The notes beneath the pieces are model-generated. The model did not search any database and was not told the DNA's origin. It saw nothing but the letters and a program-made list of their open reading frames with translations. The translations under genes were made by a program, and so were the position numbers. A stretch of DNA of 64,000 bases from an uncultured Methylomirabilota bacterium (GTDB lineage Bacteria; Methylomirabilota; Methylomirabilia; Methylomirabilales; 2-02-FULL-66-22). This document shows, in pieces, positions 29,014 through 37,064 of this stretch (position 1 is its first letter; each line of letters opens with the position of its first letter). The stretch is from contig OY970067.1 in NCBI GenBank assembly GCA_963705305.1, positions 3,424,001 through 3,488,000 on the forward strand, in the 5' to 3' direction.

Positions 29014-29150
29014 CAGCCAACAGCTATCAGCCATCAGCTGGGGATACGGAAGGGCACGGGGCAGCAGGCCGGCGGCAGTTGGCCTCACGGCCAACGGGAA
29101 TTTGCTCTGTTCGTATTCGCTGAGCGCCGAATGCCGAATGCTGATTGCTG
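29014..29150. repeat. Inverted pair of heptamer arrays
   Basis: CAGCCAA CAGCTAT CAGCCAT CAGC (29014-38) and GCTGAGC GCCGAAT GCCGAAT GCTGATT GCTG (29119-50). Confidence 0.65.
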
Positions 29151-29164
29151 GATTGGACAACACG

Positions 29165-30874
29165 ATGCTCCGCGAGCTCACCATCCGCAACGTCGCGATC
29201 ATCGAGACGCTGCATCTCGTTTTCCGGCCGGGGCTCACCATCCTTACGGGAGAGACCGGCGCGGGCAAGTCTATCTTGATCGACGCCCTGCAGCTCGTGC
29301 TGGGGGCCAAGAGCAGCGAAGACCTTCTGCGGGCCGACGCCGAGGAGGCGGTCGTGGAGGCGGCCTTCGACCTGCCGGCCGGCGCCAGGGCCCTGCTGGA
29401 CGCCGAGGACATCCCGGCCGAGCCGGGAGAATTCCTGATGCTGCGCCGGCATCTGCTGCGCGAGGGGAAGAGCAAGGCGTACGTCAACGGACGGCTGGCC
29501 TCGGCGGCGAGCCTGCGGGCGCTGGCGGAGCGGCTGGTGGACATCCACGGGCAGCATCCCGGGCAGCCTCTCCTGGACCCGCGCCGGCACCGCGAGGTCC
29601 TGGACGCCTACGGGGGGGCGACCGAGGAGGTCCGGGCCTACCGCCAGGCCTATGGACGCTGGCAGGCGCTGCGGCGCGAGCGGGACGACCTAGCGGCCGA
29701 CGAGCGGGATCGGGCCCAGCGCCAGGATCTGCTGGAATTTCAGCGCCGCGAGATTGAGGGGGCGCGGCTTGACCCGGAGGAGGAGGACGTCCTCTCTGCG
29801 GAGGCCACGATCCTGGCCAATCACGAGCGGCTGTTCGGGGCGGTCGAGCAGGCGTATGCAGAGCTCGAAGAGTCGGAGGGGGCCGTCCTGGACCGCCTGG
29901 CCGCCGGCACGGCCCGCGTGCGGGAGGCCGCGGCCATCGATCCGCGCCTGCGGGAGATCCTGGAGGTCCTGGAAGCGGGCGTCGTCCACGTCCGCGAAGC
30001 CGCCCGGGGGCTGCGCGACTACCGGGCCGACATCGAGTTCGACCCGCGGCGGCTGGAGGTCATCGAGGCCCGCCTGCACGAGATCGGCAAGCTCAAGCGG
30101 AAGTACGGCGCCAATGTGCGGGAAGTCCTGGAGCACCTGGAGCGCGTTCGGAAGGAGCTCGACGCCGTCGGCCGCTCGGAGGCCCGCCTGACCGAGCTGG
30201 ACCAGGCCCTCTCGGCGATCCAGCGGGAGCTCGTGGAGCGGGCTGGACGGCTGTCGGGGACCCGGCAGCGTGCCGCCCGCGCTTTACGGGATGCCATCCT
30301 GGGCGAACTCCAGGAGCTGGGCATGGCCAAGGCCGCTTTCGAGGTGCGGGTGGCGACCGACCGCCCGGCGGACTCGGAATTCGGGCCGCACGGGATCGAC
30401 GAGGTCGAGTTCCTGATCTCGCCAAATCCCGGTGAGGCGTCCAAGCCGCTTCACAAGATCGCTTCGGGGGGCGAACTGTCGCGGGTCATGCTGGCGATCC
30501 GCACCATCCTGGCCGCTGCCGACGAGACCCCGACCGTCATCTACGACGAGATCGACGCCGGGATCGGCGGGAGCATGGCCGAGGTGGTCGGCCGCAAGCT
30601 GGCCGCCGCATCCCGCCGGCACCAGGTCTTCTGCGTCACTCACCTGCCCCAGATCGCCTGCTTTGCCGACCAGCACCTGGTGGTCGCCAAACGAGCGCTT
30701 CGCGACCGGACGGAGACGTCGGTGCAGGTCTTGGCGGATGCAGGACGCCCTCAAGAGCTGGCCCGCATGCTGGGGGGACCCAGCGGCTCCACAACGGGAT
30801 TGCAGCACGCCGCCGAGCTGCTGGAAGCGGCCGGACGCCAGAAACGGCGACTACGACCCTCCTCTTCCCGGTGA
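29165..30874 (+). CDS. recN: DNA repair protein RecN
   Basis: TGETGAGKS, IASGGELSRVML, DEIDAGIGG, VTHLPQIA. Confidence 0.97.
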   Translation: MLRELTIRNVAIIETLHLVFRPGLTILTGETGAGKSILIDALQLVLGAKSSEDLLRADAEEAVVEAAFDLPAGARALLDAEDIPAEPGEFLMLRRHLLREGKSKAYVNGRLASAASLRALAERLVDIHGQHPGQPLLDPRRHREVLDAYGGATEEVRAYRQAYGRWQALRRERDDLAADERDRAQRQDLLEFQRREIEGARLDPEEEDVLSAEATILANHERLFGAVEQAYAELEESEGAVLDRLAAGTARVREAAAIDPRLREILEVLEAGVVHVREAARGLRDYRADIEFDPRRLEVIEARLHEIGKLKRKYGANVREVLEHLERVRKELDAVGRSEARLTELDQALSAIQRELVERAGRLSGTRQRAARALRDAILGELQELGMAKAAFEVRVATDRPADSEFGPHGIDEVEFLISPNPGEASKPLHKIASGGELSRVMLAIRTILAAADETPTVIYDEIDAGIGGSMAEVVGRKLAAASRRHQVFCVTHLPQIACFADQHLVVAKRALRDRTETSVQVLADAGRPQELARMLGGPSGSTTGLQHAAELLEAAGRQKRRLRPSSSR

Positions 30875-30990
30875 GGGGTCGGCACTTCTCCTTTCCCATA
30901 CCCCAAATCGTGCGCCCATCGACGCAAATGGGATGCATGCGCGGTAGGAGAAGGATCTTCCCCCTCTGCTTTTGATGGCTAGGAGAGTTT

Positions 30991-31056
30991 TAACCCATTG
31001 AAAATACGGGGGAGGGAATTTATGCCATGGCCGGGCCGTTTGGCCGGGTTGTTGCA
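30991..31056 (+). promoter_or_regulatory. Putative sigma54 promoter with an upstream IHF-like site
   Basis: TGGCcgggttgTTGCA (GG-N10-GC) at 31041-31056; TTTCAAtgggTTA on the minus strand at 30991-31003 (1 mismatch to WATCAAN4TTR). Confidence 0.5.
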
Positions 31057-31120
31057 CTTGTTCCATACGAGTCTTTATGTATCCGAGACCGATTATCCAT
31101 TGAAAGGAGGTGAAACTCGA

Positions 31121-31348
31121 ATGAAGAAGCTCGCGACCATGATCATGGCGGCCATCTTTGCAGTGACGTTCACCGGTTTTGCGTTCGCGCAGGCCCCGGC
31201 GACGACGCCCGCCCCGACGCCCGCTCCGGCGACCGCTCCGGCTCCTGAGAAGAAGGTCACGAAGAAGAAGGCCACCAAGAAGGCCACCAAGAAGGCCACC
31301 AAGAAGGCCACCAAGACGACGGAGAAGAAGGAGGAGAAGACCCAGTAG
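31121..31348 (+). CDS. Small exported Pro/Ala- and Lys-rich protein (75 aa)
   Basis: AAAGGAGGTG RBS; signal peptide MKK...AFA|Q; (KKAT)4 repeat; own terminator. Confidence 0.85.
   Translation: MKKLATMIMAAIFAVTFTGFAFAQAPATTPAPTPAPATAPAPEKKVTKKKATKKATKKATKKATKTTEKKEEKTQ
31265..31312 (+). repeat. 12-bp tandem repeat AAGAAGGCCACC x4 (coding KKAT)
   Basis: Four exact copies. Confidence 0.95.
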
Positions 31349-31375
31349 CCCTTCTCCATTCCTTGGGTGTTGGTT

Positions 31376-31415
31376 CATCGAGGGCACCCCAGCAGGGGTG
31401 CCCTCGATGTTTTTT
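31376..31415 (+). terminator. Intrinsic terminator
   Basis: Perfect 15-bp stem CATCGAGGGCACCCC/GGGGTGCCCTCGATG followed by T6. Confidence 0.9.
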
Positions 31416-31537
31416 CCGGGGAGCCGTCCGGGGATTGGCCTTGACTTTGAGCCCGGGTTGGACTAGAAATCCACCCCACGAGCGCCGATGGACAGCGAGC
31501 GGCGCCGGAAGGAGGATGCCGGCAGAACCGAATAGGC

Positions 31538-31742
31538 AAAGCTGAGTGGTCCCACCGGGGGACCCTCGAGGGAAAATGGTGCATCCCTGGCCAGCCGAGA
31601 TCGACGGCTAAGGGAGACTCCATTGCTGCCCCGCAACTGTGAGCGGCGTCGAGAAATCTGCACAGATCACTGTTCCGTGCAGTACGGAACGGGAAAGCGC
31701 AGAGAGCACGCGGAGCCGCGAGCCAGACACCTGCTCAGCTTT
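31538..31742 (+). promoter_or_regulatory. Cobalamin riboswitch 1
   Basis: AGGGAA..TGGTG, GCTGCCCCGCAACTGT, CACTG, GGGAA, GAGCCAGACACCTGC (B12 box); P1 AAAGCTGAG/CTCAGCTTT; upstream of btuF. Confidence 0.9.
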
Positions 31743-31826
31743 CCGGGTTTTACGATCCTTCCGCGGGGAAGGGCAGCCCACCATCTACCGGTCCTCCGGT
31801 GATTGCCCGGGACTGTTGGATTCTGG

Positions 31827-31860
31827 AGCCTCGTTCCCCCAGTGGGATCGGGGCTTTTTG
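31827..31860 (+). terminator. Terminator, probably the riboswitch expression platform
   Basis: AGCCTCGTTCCC/GGGATCGGGGCT stem plus T run, between the aptamer and btuF. Confidence 0.7.
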
Positions 31861-31868
31861 TGTCTTAG

Positions 31869-32118
31869 CAGGCTGCTGAAAAAGGCCCATCTGCTGCGTT
31901 GGCCCGCTCGGGCACTCGTTGCGGCGTACCGGAAGTACGCCTCACTTGGCCCCGGGTACCCATCCCGAGGGATGGGTGAGGCCGCCTTGCCGTTCGGCGG
32001 GCCCTTCGACAAGCTCAGGGCGGTGAGCACAGTCGAACCGCTCACGGTCCCGAGCGAAGTCGAGGGACATCTGGACCTTTTTGAGCAGCCTGGGGGAAAG
32101 CGGGTTTTCAGCACCGTG
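31869..32118 (+). mobile_element. MITE family A copy 1
   Basis: CAGGCTGCTGAAAAA left end, internal TTTTTGAGCAGCCTG, degenerate right end TTTTCAGCACCGTG; TTAG duplicated at 31865 and 32119. Confidence 0.85.
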
Positions 32119-32133
32119 TTAGAGGGAGGCGGC

Positions 32134-33067
32134 GTGCAGCAGTCGCGGATTCGATACATTTGGCGGCTGGCGGGATTGATCCTCTGGCTGTGTTTCGGAG
32201 CGATGCCCGTCCGGGCCGCAACCGTTCCCGACATGCTGGGACGATCGGTGATTGTCCCCGCCGGCCCGCTGCGCGTCGTCTCGCTGGCGCCCAGCCTCAC
32301 GGAGACGGTATTTGCCCTGGGGCGGGGAGACTGGCTGGTGGGGGTGACGGACTACTGCGATTATCCCCCGGCGGCGCGGCGCAAGCCGAAGATCGGAGGG
32401 CTGGCCGCGCCGGATCTGGAGCGCATCCTCCAGGCCCGGCCCGATCTTGTCCTCACCACCGCCGAGGGGAACTCCCGCGAGACGCTCCTCCGGCTGGAGC
32501 GGCTGGGCGTCCCCGTCTTTGCGGTCACCCCCGAGGGGTACACCGGCATTCTCCGCTCGATCGAGCGCCTGGGGGACGTCCTCGACGCCGAGTCGACGGC
32601 CGCCGCCCTGCTGCGGGACATCCGGGGGAAGATCGACGCCGTCCGCCGTCGTGTGGATGGGCGGCCGCGGCCGCGGGCACTGTTTCTGCTGTGGACCGAT
32701 CCCCTGATTGCCGCCGGGCCGGGGACATTCATTCACGATCTTCTGGAGATGGCGGGAGGTTCGGAACGTCCTGCCGGCGGGCGGCGTGCCCTACCCGCAC
32801 CTTGGCTGGGAAGAGGTGGTCGCTCGTGCGCCGGACGTCATCCTGGTAGCGAATCATCGGGAGCGCTTCGGGGCGGCACCGGCCGCTCTAGAGTCCGTCG
32901 ACGCCGGATGGCGGACCTGGCAGAGCATCCCCGCCGTCCGGGCCGGCCGGCTGGTGGCCGTGCCGGCCGACCCGCTTCTCCGGCCCGGCCCGCGGGTGGC
33001 GGAGGGAGTGGAGCGGCTGGCAGCGATTCTCCACCCCGACCTGTTCGAGCCGGAGCGGACGCCATGA
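32134..33067 (+). CDS. btuF: Cobalamin-binding periplasmic protein; extra base near 32760
   Basis: Signal peptide; RVVSLAPSLTE, VGVTDYCDYP, PDLERI; continues in the +1 frame as RNV...YP...EEVVARAPDVI...RPGPRVAEG to TGA 33067, overlapping the btuC ATG. Confidence 0.88.
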
Positions 33068-34104
33068 GCCGCGGCCGGACGGTGGCGCTTCCGCCGAGGC
33101 GGGTCGGCGCCTTCGTGGCCCTCGCGGCCCTCCTGGTGGTCGGGTTGCTGCTGTCCCTGATGGTCGGCAGCGTGCCGGTGCCGCCGAGCCAGACCCTCCG
33201 CATTTTGGCGGGCGGGAGGACCGGACCGGATGATGTCGCCGCCGCGGTCGTCCTCCGCATCCGCCTGCCGCGCGCACTCCTGGCCGGCCTGGTGGGCGCC
33301 TGCCTCTCCCTGGCCGGCCTGGGCTTTCAGGCCATCACGCGGAACCCGCTGGCCGACCCGACGGTCCTGGGCGTCTCCAGCGGGGCAGCCTTCGGGGTGA
33401 CCACGGCGATGCTCCTCGGGATCCTGGGGCCGCTGGGATCCCCGGCGCTCGGCCCGCTGTGCGCCTTTGCGGGGGCGCTGGCGGCAGCCGTCAGCGTCTA
33501 CGCCATTGCCCGCGTGGAGGGCCGGCTCCCCGTGGCCACCCTGCTGCTTTCGGGGGTGATCGTGGGCCTCTTCTTCAGCGCCTGCGTGATGCTGATGACG
33601 GCGCTCCTGGCCTCCTCGGAGCTGCAGGGGGTGGTGTTCTGGCTGATGGGGAACCTGGGGCCGACGGACGGGGCGACGCTGGCCGTCCTGGCAGGGAGTC
33701 TGGCCGTGGGCCTGGCGGTCCTGGCCGGCCAGGCCGGCCGGATGAACCTGCTGGCCCTGGGCGAGGAACAGGCACTGCAACTGGGGGTGGAGGGGGAGCG
33801 GATCAAGCGGCTGGTGTTCGTGGCGGCCTCCCTGGTTACGGGAGCCGCCGTATCCACGGCCGGCTCCATCGGGTTCGTCGGGCTCATCGTTCCGCACGCC
33901 GCCCGCATGCTTCTGGGGCCGGATAACCGCCGGCTCATTCCGGCGACCGTCCTCTTGGGGGCCGCCTTCCTGATCCTGGCGGATCTTTTGGCACGGACCA
34001 TCGCCTCGCCCACGGAGCTGCCGGTGGGAGTAGTGACCGCATTCTGCGGAGCGCCCCTCTTCGTCTATCTGCTGCGGCGAAGGCGGGGAGGGGGATCGCT
34101 GTGA
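33064..34104 (+). CDS. btuC: FecCD/BtuC family ABC permease
   Basis: IRLPR, QAITRNPLADP..LGVSSGA, LGEEQALQLGV, IGFVGLIVPH, ELPVG; riboswitch context. Confidence 0.92.
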   Translation: MSRGRTVALPPRRVGAFVALAALLVVGLLLSLMVGSVPVPPSQTLRILAGGRTGPDDVAAAVVLRIRLPRALLAGLVGACLSLAGLGFQAITRNPLADPTVLGVSSGAAFGVTTAMLLGILGPLGSPALGPLCAFAGALAAAVSVYAIARVEGRLPVATLLLSGVIVGLFFSACVMLMTALLASSELQGVVFWLMGNLGPTDGATLAVLAGSLAVGLAVLAGQAGRMNLLALGEEQALQLGVEGERIKRLVFVAASLVTGAAVSTAGSIGFVGLIVPHAARMLLGPDNRRLIPATVLLGAAFLILADLLARTIASPTELPVGVVTAFCGAPLFVYLLRRRRGGGSL

Positions 34105-34916
34105 TTGCGGTGGAGTGCTGGGAGGTGACCTATCGGTACCGCAGCGGCCGCGGTGTGGCGGGCGTGACGCTCCAGGTGTCGGCGGGCGAGCTGGTGGGCG
34201 TCGTGGGGCCGAACAGCGCGGGCAAGAGCACCCTGCTGCGCCTCCTGAGCAAGGTCCTGGCCCCGCAGCGCGGCCGAATCCTCATCCAGGGCCGGGATAT
34301 TTCATCCCTCAGCCGCCTGGAGGTGGCCCGGCTCGTCGCTGTCGTCCCGCAGGAGCTTCAGGTGGCCTTTCCGTTCACGGCGGCGGAGGTTGTTTTGATG
34401 GGCCGCTTCCCGCACACCGGGGGGCGCCGCAGCGCGACGGACCGGGCGGCGGTCTGGACGGCCATGCAGGCGACCGGGATCACCGACCTGGCGGGCCGGC
34501 GCATGGACGAGCTGTCGGGCGGAGAGCGGCAGCTGGTGTCCGTTGCGCGGGCGCTGGCCCAAGAGCCGGAGGTCTTCCTGCTGGACGAGCCCACAGCCCA
34601 CCTGGATCTCCAGCACCAGCGGCGCGTCCTGGAGATCCTGCTGGAGGAGCGGCGCGTCTCGCGACGCGCCACGATTCTGGTGTCCCACGACCTGGCTCTG
34701 GCGGCCGAGCACTGCGACCGCCTGATTCTCCTGGCGGACGGCTCTATCCTGGCCGCCGGCCTCCCCGAGGAGGTGATCACCACCCGAGCATTGGAATCGG
34801 CATTCGGCTGTCCCGTGGATGTCGAGCGGCATCCCCTCAGCGGGCGCCTGCATGTCCGGGGGCGCCTGTTCTCCCGGGACAGCCTCGTCGATCACGGCAC
34901 CACCCCCCGAATGTAA
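34101..34916 (+). CDS. btuD: Cobalamin/iron-complex ABC ATPase
   Basis: GPNSAGKST, LSGGERQ, LLDEPTAHLD. Confidence 0.9.
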   Translation: MIAVECWEVTYRYRSGRGVAGVTLQVSAGELVGVVGPNSAGKSTLLRLLSKVLAPQRGRILIQGRDISSLSRLEVARLVAVVPQELQVAFPFTAAEVVLMGRFPHTGGRRSATDRAAVWTAMQATGITDLAGRRMDELSGGERQLVSVARALAQEPEVFLLDEPTAHLDLQHQRRVLEILLEERRVSRRATILVSHDLALAAEHCDRLILLADGSILAAGLPEEVITTRALESAFGCPVDVERHPLSGRLHVRGRLFSRDSLVDHGTTPRM

Positions 34917-35090
34917 GGGAAGCTGGTTGGTCCGGGGGAAGGCGCGCAGCCGCCCACCCGGAGAATCCAGCACGGTCCCGCCACTGTGCGTGGGGAGCGA
35001 CCCCGCAGGATGCCACTGTCCCAAGCCGGTCGAGGGATGGGAAGGCGCGGGTGAGCGAGGATCCACAAGTCAGGAGACCTATTCGGGGGG
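34903..35090 (+). promoter_or_regulatory. Cobalamin riboswitch 2 (operon-internal, overlaps the btuD stop)
   Basis: AAGGGAAGCTGGT...GAATCCAGCACGGTCCCGCCACTGT...GCCACTG...GGGAAGGC...AAGTCAGGAGACCT; P1 CCCCCCGAAT/ATTCGGGGGG. Confidence 0.92.
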
Positions 35091-35124
35091 CTGGCCCACG
35101 ACTTCGCGGAGAGGAGAGTGGCGC

Positions 35125-37062
35125 ATGTCTCCAACTAGCGTACGGTTTCTGCCCGCAATCATGGCCGGCATGCTGCTCTGGGCGTCGGCGCTCTGTCCCG
35201 GGCGGGGGGAGGCCCAGACCCCGTCGGATCAGGGGCCGGAACTGCCCCTGGAGGAGGTCGAGGTCACGGCCGCCCGCGTCCCCGAGACCCTCGCCCGGAC
35301 CGCGGCGGACGTGACGGTGATCACCCGGGCCCAGCTGGAGCAGCAGCAGATCACCACCGTGGCGGACGCGCTCCGCATGGTGCCGGCCCTGAATGTGGTC
35401 GAGTCGGGAACTCCCGGATCCGTGACCAGCGTGTTCGCCCGGGGGGGAAATTCCGACCACACGCTGGTCCTGATCGACGGCGTCCGGGTGAACAGTCCGA
35501 CCACCGGCATGTTCGATTTCGCCAACCTGACCACGGCCGGGGTGGAGCGGATCGAGGTGGTCCGCGGGCCGTCCAGCGCCCTGTATGGATCGGAGGGGCT
35601 CACGGCCGTCATCAACATCATCACCAGGAAGGGGGAGGGCACGCCTCAGGGCGGCATCGAGACGGAGGCAGGGTCCTACCAGACATTCCGAGAGCGGGGA
35701 TGGAGCGCCGGCGCGGCGGGTCCGCTGCGGTATTCCGTGGACGTCGCGCGGGATGACAGCAGCGGGAAATTCGCCCACGACGAGTACAACAATACCGCCG
35801 CGGCCGCCCGCCTGGACGCAGAGGTGCTGCCGACCCTCAGCCTGGATCTGTCCGCCCGCTACACCGATGCCTTCAAGAACCTGCCGGGGGTTACGGGCCG
35901 AACGGATTTCTTGACCGGGCAGCCCGATGCCACGCAGAGCAACCGGGAAGGCCTGACGACGGTGAGCCTGGGGGCAACGCACACCCCGACGGACTGGTGG
36001 AGCCATCGCCTTCAACTGTCGTACGTGGAGGACGACGTGGACTTCCGCGATCCGCAGGAAGACCAGGAGCTGGCCCAAGGACTGCTGACCTCGTCGGCAA
36101 CCGGCAAGACACATACGACCCGCCTGGCGGCGGACTGGCAGCATAACCTCCGGCCGGTCTCGTGGGATGCGTTGACCCTGGGCATGCAGGTGGAGCAGGC
36201 GAAAGGGGACCAGACAGATGTGTCCGGGGCCACGGTGCTGAACAAGACGTTCACCAACTACGCCTTCTACGGGCAGAACCAGGTGACGGTGTGGGACCGC
36301 CTGATCCTCACCGCCGGGCTGCGGGAGGACGACTACAGCACCTTCGGCAGCCATCTCAGCCCGAAGTACTCGGTCGCATACCTCCTGCCGGAGACCAACT
36401 CCAAGCTCCGCGCGAGCTACGGGGAGGGGTTTCACGCGCCGACCATCAACGATCTGGCCTACCCGGGCTTCAGCAATCCCAACCTGAAGCCCGAGCAGAA
36501 TCGCAGCCTGGAATTCGGCGTGGATCAGAGCCTGTGGACGGAGCGCATCCTGGCAAGCCTCACCTGGTTCCAGAGCCGCTTCCGAGACCTGATTCAATAT
36601 GATTACGCGACCAGCAAACCCGAAAACATCGCCCATGCCCGGACCCAGGGGGTCGAGGCCGCGCTGACGATCCGCCCCGGCTACGGGCTGAATGTCGTCG
36701 CCGGGTACACCTACCTGGAATCGCTGGATGACAACGGCCAGCCCCTGCTGCGGCGGCCGGAGAACAGCTGGAACTTCACGGTGAATTACGCGCCGCTGAA
36801 GCGGGTGAATCTGTATTCCACCCTTCTGTACGTGGGGAAGCGGGCCGACACGGATCCCGTCACGTACGCGGATGCCGAAAACTACAAGTACGTGACCTGG
36901 GGGGCGGGGGCCTCGGTCACGATCCTCGAGCGGGCGGGTTTCCTCCGGAACCTCCGCGCCCACGGCAAGCTGGACAATATCCTGGGGGTTCATTACCAGG
37001 AAGCCCTGGGATTTCCGGCCCTGGGACGCCGGTATACGCTCGGACTCTCGGGGGAGTTCTAG
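35125..37062 (+). CDS. btuB: TonB-dependent cobalamin receptor
   Basis: Signal peptide, TonB box EEVEVTA, plug HTLVLIDGV, ERIEVVRGPSSALYGS, NPNLKPE, C-terminal F; riboswitch upstream. Confidence 0.92.
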   Translation: MSPTSVRFLPAIMAGMLLWASALCPGRGEAQTPSDQGPELPLEEVEVTAARVPETLARTAADVTVITRAQLEQQQITTVADALRMVPALNVVESGTPGSVTSVFARGGNSDHTLVLIDGVRVNSPTTGMFDFANLTTAGVERIEVVRGPSSALYGSEGLTAVINIITRKGEGTPQGGIETEAGSYQTFRERGWSAGAAGPLRYSVDVARDDSSGKFAHDEYNNTAAAARLDAEVLPTLSLDLSARYTDAFKNLPGVTGRTDFLTGQPDATQSNREGLTTVSLGATHTPTDWWSHRLQLSYVEDDVDFRDPQEDQELAQGLLTSSATGKTHTTRLAADWQHNLRPVSWDALTLGMQVEQAKGDQTDVSGATVLNKTFTNYAFYGQNQVTVWDRLILTAGLREDDYSTFGSHLSPKYSVAYLLPETNSKLRASYGEGFHAPTINDLAYPGFSNPNLKPEQNRSLEFGVDQSLWTERILASLTWFQSRFRDLIQYDYATSKPENIAHARTQGVEAALTIRPGYGLNVVAGYTYLESLDDNGQPLLRRPENSWNFTVNYAPLKRVNLYSTLLYVGKRADTDPVTYADAENYKYVTWGAGASVTILERAGFLRNLRAHGKLDNILGVHYQEALGFPALGRRYTLGLSGEF

Positions 37063-37064
37063 AC

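Noticed and set aside
26325..29123. 932-aa ORF containing TlyA
   Set aside because: The N-terminal part is an off-frame shadow of dxs and the C-terminal part is read-through over nadK after a frameshift
31093..31359. Hydrophobic antisense ORF (VAFL repeats) as a membrane toxin
   Set aside because: It is the mirror of the AAGAAGGCCACC repeat; the RBS, signal peptide and terminator all support the plus strand
31639..34104. 821-aa BtuF-BtuC fusion ORF
   Set aside because: It starts inside the riboswitch and the fusion depends on one extra base near 32760; the true BtuF C-terminus is in the other frame and ends at an ATGA overlap with btuC
34837..36993. Long antisense and alternate-frame ORFs (here and opposite ptsI, comEC, bshC, dnaA and others)
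   Set aside because: Expected in high-GC DNA with strong codon bias; they have no recognisable motifs and fully overlap well-supported genes
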